64,000 bases of DNA from Blasia pusilla (lineage: Eukaryota). The stretch is from contig CM114271.1 of NCBI GenBank assembly GCA_050084515.1, positions 27,838,001-27,902,000 of the forward strand. Reading direction: 5' to 3'. The translations under genes and the position numbers were made by a program. The notes beneath the pieces were generated by a model. It was not told the origin of the DNA. It saw nothing but the letters and a program-made list of their open reading frames with translations, and made no database searches. Shown one piece after another: positions 52,231 through 64,000 of this stretch (its first letter is position 1; each line of letters opens with the position of its first letter).

Positions 52231-53930
52231 TTAAATACGTATGACATATTGGCATATAGAGGACCAATGGAAGATTGGTCCTCTATATGCTCTCTCTTTG
52301 TGATTTGGAGTTGTGGCAACGGAATAATCCCATGAATGAGAAGTTACTTATCGGGAGAACAGCCTTGGAGATCAGAGAGAGAGAGAGAGACCTTGAAGGA
52401 ACTTGGATGTTTGATGAAGCCTAATCTAACCACTCCTACGGCCACCACTCTTAGCTCTGCTCTCATGTCCAAAGGTCTGTACATGTGTTATGGGAAGTTG
52501 GAGCGCTCTCGGCTCACGGTCTCATAAGAGCTTAAATCTATGGTCTCACCTCCAAAGCTCTTGAGCTCAAATCTGTGCTCTCACCTCCAAAGCTCTCAAT
52601 CATGCATGCTCTCAACTCTTTCATAGACCTGCGTTCAACACTTGCCTCCGCCGCTTAGCTCATACGCCTCGAGTATACTCTCGGGGGGGACACTCTATGA
52701 AAACCTCCTATACCACGTACGACGTTTTAGGGTCTTGACCCCCTAACTTATAAGAGTAAATTCCTCCCCTCCTCCTTCCCCCTTACTTACTTTAAATCCA
52801 CAATTTTCCAAAAATTATGATCCCTTTATTTTGTTAAGTAAATTATTGTCCTTGATTTATTTAGGGACTTGAAAGTAAAGAAAACTATCTTATCATAAGT
52901 CGAGCCAATTGTTGTAGCAAACCCTACACGAAGCGTGCAGTATACATGTGTAGCCGTTGCCAACAATGACAACTTTCTACGTAATTTTTCTTTTGAATGT
53001 GAAGCATTTCAAGGATCTTCGAACTCATGAAAGCAACACAATTTCATGGACCTACAAACTCAAGGATATCACAAAACTTTTGGGAAACAACATGACCGGT
53101 CTGTTTTTGGGGAGCATTAGCCCCGAGCTCACTCATTAGCCATCGGGCCAGGCTCTTACCTCCCTCCTAGTTCCGGTAAACTTCTTTACATGTTTCCTAA
53201 AGTTTTTGTCTCAATACATGTATTCAAGTTTCCTCATCTTCATCTTTGATCAAGAAGAGATGCATTAGTAGCCTTTGATGAAAACGTAGAATATACAATT
53301 CTTTCTTTTCCTCTTATGAGGCCTCAATTAAAGGAGTGTATGAATCTTTCATGTTAGTGCAGGTTGTGGTTGGTAACCTAGAACTTGGGTCTCTTCATTG
53401 TGTTGACACTCATCCAAATCGGGTTCAAGGGCAAGGAAGATGGTTACTTCAACTTATTTGATCTGTACACATAACTCCGAAGATTGTAGAAATAGTCAGC
53501 CCACTAGCTTACAATAGGAAAGTGTTTTTAATTTTCAAACAGAGTCTGTACATGATGCCATGCTTGTCATTGAGATTGTCGAATGAGACATTCAAATTTA
53601 GGGAGAGTTACGTGCATGACTCCTCCACTGATTGGTACAACGTCATCTATCCCGATAAGGTTGGAACTTATGACGGAGAGTACTTGAACTTCATAATGAG
53701 CTTGATGCTCAAATTTCTAGCCTGTCATCCCCCCTAGCCTATTCCCTAGCCTCTAAACCTCACAACTACATAATTCTGGGATACCTTCTACATACCTAAG
53801 CAAGCAACAAAATATCAAGTGTGATCATCTTCCTCTACTCCTACATGCAAGCAACTCACCTGCTAAATGAAGACACACTATGAATATACTCATTTACAAT
53901 ATCTAGGTCAAATATATCCAATTCATATGC

Positions 53931-56900
53931 TCAAGATGTAAGACTTGGCTTCATAGACAAGCTGACGTTTAGATCTTCTTCTGGATCTTCCAACTCCACA
54001 AAATGTGTTCCTGATTCCTCAGCAGGACATGTCCCTACTGTAGACTGATGATCCAACTGATCCTCAACATCATCACATTTCACAGCTTCCTTCATTACAT
54101 TAGTGTCTGGCCATGTCTCCGCCTCCATATCCCAAGGATACAACCACCATCTTCTTTGGGCAAGTGGCAAAGAACTTCTAGGAGACATGTTCAACTTGGT
54201 TAGTATGCACTTGGCAGCATCCAAGCCCTCTTTGAGAGTGTCAACTACTAGCTCATTATTCATAACTAATGAGTAATAAAACAAATCAAGAGCCAAATCT
54301 TCAATACCTAAGGGATGTAAAGTACCCCACACATGGCTCTGCTTTGGATGCGACCGACTTGTCTTGAAGCCCTCTGGACCAAATTCCAAGCCAGCAATTC
54401 GATTCACTCCCACAACACTATCTAAAAAAGATCCAAAGTCACAATTTCGTTCATGGCCGCTCATGCCTCCAACTTTGTTGAAAAACATCTCACAATAGTC
54501 AGACCCCAACAAGTGAAAAGCGACTTTGAGATATGGCCACTTATCACGGAAGGCACATATCAGTAGTACTCTAAAATAACATGACATGTTATTATCATGG
54601 AAAGCTTGGACAGATATCATGTTTTTCTCTATCACGGATCCAACATTTCCAATTACAGAATGATCCCCATATTTCAACCAAAGCCTCCACAATCTGAAAA
54701 ACCAAGACACTTTAGATGCTAACACTACTCGACTCCTCAAATCATGTTGTTGTGAAAAGAAGATATCTATGTAGTCTCCACAAACCTCCAAGTACAATTG
54801 AGTCCCTAAGCTTCTGTCATGGAGAACATCCATTTGGTTAAACATGTCCTCCAAACAAGCTTGCACTCTCCTTGGAGCTATCCTTGAGGGTCTGCCCAAT
54901 TCTATCTATCAGTTCTATTCACATCATCCCACTTCAATCCATGTTCAGTCAGTTTGTAGTGATTCTATACATTAGTTACATATGATAATGAGGCATGCTG
55001 ATCTCCAAGGATAAAGAAGTTGAATAAAAATCTAGTGGGTTAATTGCCTTCTTTCCGTTGTGGGCTAGATCTTGGTCTCCAAATCCATATAGATCCCTAT
55101 TAGGCAATACAAACATAGAGTGCTGCCATCCTTCCCAAACCACACTGTACCACAGAACATAACTGTTAGCTCCTCTATAGTCTTCCATCATCAATTTTTG
55201 TCGACGAGCATCCCCATCGCTAGCATGTCCTAAGAGAGGACCAACCTCCGCATGATAATACTTATCCCATATGGATTTCAATTGCGCCCACTCATGTCTC
55301 ATCCAGTCTGCAGTGATCTTATTACAAGTTGCAGGAACACAAAGGGCTAACTTGGGCATAGACTCATGAAGCGAATTTACAATCATTACTCGAGCATACA
55401 TGCCTTTAGTGTAGCCCTTAAAAATACTCACAATTTTATGATATCCCTCATCATCTTCACCCATCAAAACCTCCAATCCATAAGAACATGTATGTCATTC
55501 TGTTTGGCCATAGAACCCAATCAAGGTGTTGTATTTTGCCTCCCATCTGTGGGAACAATTCAACGAGTAAGATTGTGACTCAAATGAACAATACTATATG
55601 ATACTTGAACCTCTATGATACTTAAACTCAACCATCAATTGTACATAGGTAGATCATCCGGAGGAACACACCTTGGTCTCTCTTTAATCCTAGTTTCATC
55701 CTCTGCAAACATGACATGCACATCTCTATGAATTCCACCTTTGATACCGATAATACCTGGGAGACCTCTTGAAATATCTCCATACAAATTCGAGCCCAAA
55801 AAGGTGGGAGTTTGGCCCTATCACGCTTCATAGTCTTCAGACTTGGCCTTCCCAATTTTTTCTGAAAATAATGGACCACTTGTCGGCCACCAAATTGCAA
55901 CATGGCCTGGGCTATGGCTCTGGTTCTCTTACTATAGCGGAATCCCTTGCGGCTCCATCTATCATGAAATCCCACAAAGCCTCCTTCCCACCAAAGGCAC
56001 CAGTCCTATGTCCATTTACTATATACCTCAAGAACAATCTCAAATGTTTCCTATCTGGTGCTACTCATAATAACTCCTCTAGCTTCTTACGCTTTGTACT
56101 CAAGGCAGCCACTTTGGCTACTTACTCTGAAAAAAGACACCCCTGCCTCCTTAATTTGGAAGTAAATACACCTACATGTTGTCTCTATTCTCATTTGGTG
56201 AGACGGTCCAATTGTATCTCACCAGTGGTATCTCTCTCTCCTCTGGGCACTTAGGCTACCGCTTCCTTGTGCACCCGACCACGAAAATCATCCACGCGCT
56301 CTATAGACTCACAATTTGTATATGTTAGGTTTACAAACCCTCCACCATAGGAAAATCTCTCACAATATTTGTGTCTAAAACAACCCATTATTTTTACAAT
56401 TGAATCAGTATTGGGATTGTAAACCTGTCCAAAACAGGTCAACTCACAATCCCACGATGCTCCCCCCTCTTGATCATCAAGAACACCCTTCACACCCATA
56501 TTCTCTACTCTCCATTTGACCATTTCATCCCACAATCCTCAGCAGAGTAAACTTAATCCAGGATCTAGGGTAGGATCATACCCACCTTTACTTGTCGAGC
56601 TCTCTGCCTTGGACTTATCCTCTCCGAAAAACTTCAATATCGACCCTTGAGAAGGATACTGATCCCTGCCATCTCCCTTCCTTGGCCTGCCTCTCTTTCC
56701 ATACCTCAATGCAATTTCAGCAGTAAGTTATTTGGTGTCCAAGGCATTTAAATGATCGCGACTAACCAAATGTTGTCTCAAGTTGTGTTCCAAGTTTAGC
56801 TTCTTTGGGCACATATCTGTGTGCCCAAAGAACTATTACCTACCACATACGACATATTGTGCACGTCACTTTAAACAAGACATACTTGCATACCTCAGAT

Positions 56901-57600
56901 CAGATGGAGACGGTGTCACAGTGAAGATCTTTGTTTCATCTCCCAGATCATCATTCATTTGCAACACTATGTCCATCCCTCTAGATAGGGCTTCCCCATG
57001 ATCAAACAAGGGAATCTCCACAATATCAATAGGCTTCATCAAAGACGTGGGCACCTACCTCCGCCTACAGAAGTTATCCTTGTGCTTCTCATTCATTATA
57101 TGCTTTGTCCTAAAGTTGCTAAATCAGTTTGCTATTGCTTTTATATTTTGGGAATTTTCTGCATTCCCATAATGCTCCTGACACTCTAGACATTCTAGAT
57201 TTCCTCTCACATCTATTCCGTCATCCCAAGTTCGCACCTTCCAATTGTGCTTACCATAACCTTTTTTCTCTGCCCATTTTCCTAATCTCAACAACTCATC
57301 ATTCTGGCACTTGGCTGCAACAATAGACATCAATTTTGATTCAAATTAAGGATGCTCAAATCAATGGCACATTTATTGGCATCTGTGTAGTCGGTGTTTG
57401 TGGTTGTGAGGGTGAGGGTGACTCAGATAGAGGAGTTGAGCCTAGTATGGTAGATACAGTAGCAGCAGATGAATGGAAAAAGACCGGTGCGCTCCTCCCA
57501 GTAGGGCCTGATGGTAGGTGTGGAATTACACCAACTCTCCCATCCAACTCTACTAACATGATCAATTTCTCTTCATTGTGTCTCGTTCTCCCTGGGAGCC
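53931..57600 (-). pseudogene. P-element-like DDE transposase pseudogene, copy 2, with N-terminal zinc fingers and an AT-hook
   Basis: Zn-finger-like LECLEC...H and NLRQHLVSRDH; AT-hook GKRGRPRK; AEDETR (first D); GHASDGD (second D); DQDLAHNGKK (DxxH); DR*NW; LGSDYCEMFF (E, compare P-element QD.LE.FF). Confidence 0.7.
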
Positions 57601-57844
57601 TCAAATTCCAAAATTCAAATCAAAGTCAAGTAGGCAATTACATTTCAAACGGAGGTCAGCCAACGATTGCCCTTCTTTATATCCTAAAACACGTATGGGC
57701 TCATCCTCCTGCCCATCCTTCTCCACTATCCGAATATTGTATTGCTTGTTTTAGGGTCCAAGCAAGTGGACCCTAAAACAAGTGTTTACTTTCAAATTAT
57801 AGACACCTGAAACGTGCTTAGAAGGTGTTAAGATGCTACACAAT

Positions 57845-58235
57845 GGATGGACTGCTGCCTATAGAATGGTTTCAAGATCAAAGTGGCAGTCAGGGAACCG
57901 GTCCTTATATGCCTCCACTTCACACAACTTCCTCCATTCTGCAGACCCATCACGGACCAGCATATCAAACTCAGCATTACTTGGCATGAAACTTGGGTGC
58001 ATGTATGTTAAGTCAACAATTACTACCAACCAATGCACTACATGCATTTTCCCCGCCCGTACTTTCATTGCGTTGATCAAATAAAGCAAAGAACACATCA
58101 GTTGAGAGTTTCATCTTGCCATCTCTGCTAACCAATTCTTTCTTTTCCCATCTATCCACAATGAAAAGCTCGTCACCAAAGTCAAGTACTTTAGTTACAT
58201 TTGACGAGGTTGTAGATCTAAATGGACGCAAAGTG
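57845..58235 (-). pseudogene. Fragment of a plant NT-C2-domain (At3g11760-like) gene
   Basis: WEKKELVSRDGKMKLSTDVFFA.FDQRNESTGGENACSALV, then (frameshift) MPSNAEFDMLVRDGSAEWRKLCE.EAYKDRFPDCHFDLETIL. This matches, from memory, the conserved C-terminal block of that plant family. Confidence 0.7.
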
Positions 58236-58532
58236 AGTTTTAAAGAAATAGATACCTACAACCATAGGGAGAATGAGATTGATGGATACTTTTGCATTTA
58301 GATCTTATGTTATATACGTAGGCCAATTGGAGCACTTGCACTATAGTAGTAGGAAACTATAGTATAAGAAATGTCGAGTTTCCAAAAAAGTGTGCCATCC
58401 ATCTCAAAATCAACAGAAAAATTCCGGCACGATGAACCTATAGAGCGGACCGAGAGAGGAGAGGATGGAAGTGCAATAAAGAACTTCAATCATGAGCAAG
58501 ATTCTCCACTAAAATTCCCGAGCATGATTGGT

Positions 58533-58741
<209 letters not shown>

Positions 58742-58881
58742 GGTCTGGTGTACCCTCATAGCAATATCAACATTTTCTCTTTGCATATGGTATGATGATT
58801 CTAGGAGCACATTTGGTATGGAGAACCCCAACATCATAGAGATAAATTATTGTTGTACTTATCTCAAGCTTACCACTATGA

Positions 58882-59790
58882 ATGGAAGAGCTGATGGAGG
58901 CTAAGAGGGTATGCGAGTGTGAACAAGAAACTACAGAGCAAGAGGTACATGACAAGCAAATCAAGAAGGAAATACTTCACCAGGATTTGAAGCTTTTGAA
59001 TGCAGAGGTTCAAGAGGTGCAGGCCCTATTTGATGGTTTCACGAGAAGTCGGCATGTATTTGAGGAAGCTGACAGAAGAATGACTGTGCTGTACGAGGAA
59101 TTGGGAGACCTGGAGATAGCGAGAGGTCTTGTAGAGGATGATGTGGAAATTTTAGACTCTGCAGCCTCTTATAACATCCAAACTCTGAAAGAGAAAGAGA
59201 AAGAGGTGACTCTCTTGCAGAACAAATTTGGATTGGCCCAGTTGAAAGTATTCACCGTCCATAAGGCATATGAGGAGTTCCTGCTAGAGAAAAAAACTTT
59301 ATTAATGAGAAAGAGATCTTGGAGAAGGAGATGGATGTTCTCAAAGCAAAATTAGAGGCCAGTGAAACACGGCTGCAAGAGCAGCCTCATGTCGTTGAGT
59401 TGAAGTTGTCCACCACCGAAAAGGAGATGTCACGTGCGATAGAGACCGTGGAATCTTTTGGTGTCTGAAAGGCAGAGTTGGACAAGGAGTTAGAAGATGT
59501 GCATGAGAAATTATTAGTCGCCATGTCGAAGGCGAAACAACAACAATTAGAGCTTGATATTATGAAGGCGAATTCGGAATTGTTGGAGAGTAAATGTGAG
59601 GAAGCTCACAAAAATGTTGCTGTCGTGCAAACCTTACTACTGCAGTACATCCTTTGAGAAGAAAGTTGGAAGGCCGAGAAAGAAGGGATGGTGGAAAAAC
59701 TAAATGAATTGGCGTCCATGTGTGTAAGGATGAATATGAAAGTCCAGGATGTCTCGAGTAAGCACAATGAAAAGAAGATTGTCAATGGGC
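58882..59790 (+). pseudogene. Degenerate coiled-coil protein coding region
   Basis: E/K/L-rich heptad-like ORF at 58882-59355, continuing in shifted frames with stops. No family recognised. Confidence 0.4.
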
Positions 59791-62700
59791 TGAGGACCAC
59801 CATTTATGAGAACATACATGAGATTGAGCTCTTATTGTAGTGTTAAGTGCTGAGCATGCGTTACTGCCCTTGCGGGTGAACGGTGCAAAAATGACCCCAT
59901 CTAAGGAGGCAGAATTGACACTTCGGCGGGACAGAATGGACAAGAAATGTCCAAAAATCACCTTTATAAGAATGAAGAATTTTTGCTTGTAGGGCACGAT
60001 AGAAAACGAGAGAAACCGAAGAGGAATAGCTGCACATAAATAAAGATTGAGTCCTAAAGGTGAAGCAAATTAGAATCATGCGGTAGAGAGGGATGGCGCT
60101 TACATTGCCTATGCTTACATGTCTACCAATTTTTTTTTCATTTGGAGCTTATTAAGCTCATTACATTACCCGTGAGAAATGAGCACATGGGCTCATGATC
60201 CTGACGGACTCGAACATCATCAAGACAAACACCCTAACTTCATAGCCAGTTGCACGCAGGTCTCGTGTTGCCCCGTCGTCATCGAAAACCCACGCCAATT
60301 TCCCATGCGATTTCGTAAAAAATGGATGTGCAAACTTTGACCCTCTGCTCAATAGTTTTGACCCTTTGTTGCACAGTTCTTGCTTAATTGTCGTAGCTTC
60401 CGGCGTCAAGTGTAAAATTGCCCTAAACCACAACCCCTTCCCTCTTCATTGCGGCTCTACCTTCTCATTCGCGCCCTTTTTCTCACGCCTTGGCCTCACT
60501 TTGTTCATGCAAAATTTAAGTTCATTGGACTTCGCTCTCGCCATCTTAGATAAATTAGGTATCAATTATTAATTTTTAATTATTTTTAAAAGTTAATTTA
60601 AACCTTAAAAACACCATTAGGGTAATTTTATTTATTTATCATTATTAATTTTAATATTCTACTTACACATGTAACAATAAGGGATTGCCACGTGTATATC
60701 TTCATTTCAAGGACAAATAACCTCTAACTTCCATGTACATTTTCCATGAACGAGAGCTTGAATAACATTGGCCTATATTTGTTATAAGGGATTTTCCTTA
60801 AAGAAATACCCCTATAGTCCTTCCACAAAAATTCATAAGTTTTCTCTGATATGGAATAAAACAACCCTATACTTTGTCGTACGTGATGGGTCACTTCTGT
60901 GGAAGTGAGGCCCCCGAGGGTATGCTGTGAAATCCGTTCTCAGTCCCTCGACTAGGAACACCCTTGGGCTCAAGTGGTAGCGCCCTTATCCCACTCGATC
61001 ATACGCTCTCGACTCACGACTTGCTCAATCAGCTTCCGCCACCCTAAAGTTTGTCCCGTACAAACCCCTCATTCCTTGTAGATTTGGAGACCCGGTTCCT
61101 TCACGAGACTGCTACGAATTAGTTTTTAAATTATTTCCCTTTTTAATAAATTTTATTAATTATTAAATATGTTACATTTCAGTTGGACCACGTGGACCAA
61201 GACACGGATAAGACGTATACCCACCATTATAATCCAAAAAATCCCCCTTACTTCCTTGGACATCTTCCATGTACAACAGGAAAAATAATAATGCCCTACA
61301 TTTCTTATAAGTGTTACCCTATTTTAAAAATACTCCTAAGTTCTTCCATAAAAATTTATAAGTCTTCCCTGAAATCCAATTAAAAACTCATATACTTCGT
61401 AGTACGTGATGGGTCTCTTCCGCAATAGTGAGACTCCCGAAATCTATTTATACTTTTTTTTAATTTAAATAATCCTTACATATTACTTGCATGATTGCTT
61501 TTTTTTTCATTAAGGTTTCTTGTATATCTTTTAACATTAAGATTTTTGTTTTATTGAAAAAATCTTACAACTTAAATAATATTTAAAAAAAATAATACCA
61601 AGGTTTTTATATAAAATCAAGGATGAGATGCCACAATACCACTTTTGGAGAGGAAATAATATAAATTAAAAAATATATCTGGCTATGTATAAATGAAACG
61701 AGCCACAGTAACATTTCTATGTTAATTGAAGAAAATTGAGTCATTTTGAATATAAATATTATTATTAAAAATAAAAGACTCTGAATGGAATTATGAAGAT
61801 CTATCTATGTTATTATTGGTGAGTGACTTCTAAATTTGCAAATACCTAACACACGGCAACAAAGTAAGAAGAAAATCTTTTGGGTACAATATGAAAATAT
61901 GTTCTTTTTTATTTTTGTGCATGATCATTACTCATGTGTAGGGCACAAGTTGCACATTAATTTGTTGTAATAGAGTTTCAAAAAATTTTAAATCATACTT
62001 TTAAGGGCGTTAGCCCTGTTGTGATGCTCCCAATTAAGGCCACGTGTGAAGCCTTTCAACTTTTTTATTTTATCTGTGCTAAGCCAAAACTCGAATAGAA
62101 AAGATGTTTTATTAATTAACTTGATTTTTTGAAAAAATGAAATGTAAAAAAATAATATATGGTGAGTTTTTCTCATGATAATTTTTTTGATTTTAAAATT
62201 TTAATTATTATTTTAAATATTTGGTAAAAAATAAAAATAAAAATATTTAAAATTAATTTTGGAAGGGAATTACATATTAATCTACACAAAATTAAACATG
62301 TAATGGTAGAATAGTGGATTTGTTTTCAAAAAAATGAAAATTTTTTAGTTTTTTTTTCTCAAGCTTTAATTGTGAGGGATTTCTAAAGAATATTTTGAGA
62401 CAAACATTGGATCAAAATGAATGATTTTTTTTTACTATTTGAGAGATGGGGGTTGGAAAAATAAGGATAACTGATTTTTTCTCACTTAATAAGGGAAAAG
62501 ATAAGCATTTAAAAAAAATAAAAATTAGAGTCTCATGATTCTTCATATATTTAAGAAAAAACTTATCTTTACAATTTATATTTCAACTTTATAATTTCAA
62601 CATATGTCGAATGAAATGGTTTCATTTGATTCTCTATTTGTGAGGTATTTTCATTTCCATCGATCTAGCTGAGTGCATGGCACAAGAAAAAATATTACTA

Positions 62701-64000
62701 GTGGTTATAAATAGAATTCCCAAAAGATTTTACAAAAAATTCTTATGAGAATACAAGGTGTCTATCATAGTAAAATCATAATCTTTATATTTATTTAAGG
62801 AAGGGCATGTTACTAAATGTGGAAAGTGTATTCCACAAGAAAAAATTTTGTCTATAAAAAGGAAAAATGAGATGTCATACTACTTCTTTTGGAGATGAAA
62901 CAAGATGAGTCAATAATTCAAGTGCCGTTATATTACAAACTAATGTAAAACCTTCTTTGCATTAAGAAAATAGTTATCAGATATAGGATACTATCTCTAA
63001 GAAGATTTTCATATTTTTCCTTGTGATGAAAAAATATCATGCTCCACCAATCCTATATGTAAAGTAGAAGGCTTTTAAAAATGAAGAAGTCATTATGTCT
63101 TGATAGCATAGATGGAACACTTATTAGTTTCAACTTCATTATAATTGAAAGAATTGACTTTACTTCATTAACATGGTAGGAATATTGAAAAATAAGTGAG
63201 CCTTATTATAAAAAGATGAGAGATTTTCTTGGCTTTTCTAAAGCTAGCATACGGCTTGCATTAAATTTACCAAAAAAATGGAAATTTGTTTATCTTCCTG
63301 AAAACTTAAGAAGCATGAATGGAATGTTTTCCATTAGTTACTAGATTTTTCCTTACCAATTATGATGTTACCTTAATCTCTATATTATTCTTAGAGTACA
63401 CTTTCTTGATTTGCACTATTCAAATGCATTTAACACGTGGGGCCATAAGTAAATAATTTTGAAGGGCATATAACACTTAAGTAGCAAAATAATAAATTAC
63501 AGTAAAAATATAATATGTAGGTGTCATATATTAGGAAATAATGAATGAAATTTCTAAATATTGTAAGTTTTTAGCTTGGTAGACTCTATACGTTCTTAAA
63601 AAAATGATGAATAACTAAATTATTCATGGACAAGATTCTAAAAATATGAGATAGAGACTTGGAGGGATTCCTTTCTGCTCTCCAAAGATAGATGGTCCCT
63701 CTAGCCCAATGTATTACACAAGAAAAAACATACAAGTTATAGAGATTTACATTAAAAAATAAGTCTAAATTAATTTTCCTTAAAAAAATAAATTTAGAAT
63801 CTTATCTACACCTATCCTATCCTCCTCATTCTCATCCCCGCATATTTTTTCTGTTTATATTTATATATACGTGTGATAAAAAATGGTAAAAAAACAAATC
63901 AAGCCCGTGAGACCCAAAAGGTTTAAAGGCTTAAAAACACATCAAAAGTAATACACCAAAAGAAGAAAAGACCCTAAAGGCCTTATTCTAGCCAATGCCC

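Noticed and set aside
52900-53740. Possible LINE or gag remnant between the two P-like copies
   Set aside because: Too degenerate to identify any diagnostic motif by eye.
60700-61440. Diverged direct repeat (gtacgtgatgggtc.cttc...gtgag at about 60878 and 61401)
   Set aside because: Real but short and decayed, with no termini or coding signal; treated as ordinary repeat debris.

Overview
Repeat-rich plant nuclear DNA, probably from a non-seed land plant (inferred from the transposon content and a plant-type gene). There is one intact host gene: an 8-exon METTL18/HPM1-like histidine methyltransferase on the minus strand (5956-8976). Most of the rest is decayed transposons: Helitron and LINE remnants, a nest of tRNA-iMet-primed Ty3/gypsy copies and solo LTRs (15-29 kb), two P-element-like transposase pseudogenes (48.7-57.6 kb) and an isolated host-gene fragment. 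The standout is a 9.8-kb retroelement (33281-43091, minus strand, 4-bp TTGT target-site duplication) with four unusual features: (i) a C5 DNA cytosine methyltransferase domain in frame inside Pol, between protease and RT; (ii) a PHD finger at the end of a DDE integrase; (iii) split direct repeats (A1-internal-B1-A2-B2) instead of two ordinary LTRs; (iv) a Tf1-like 11-nt self-priming site instead of a tRNA PBS. This copy has premature stops and frameshifts, so it is probably inactive. All alignments and counts were done by eye; no database searches were run.
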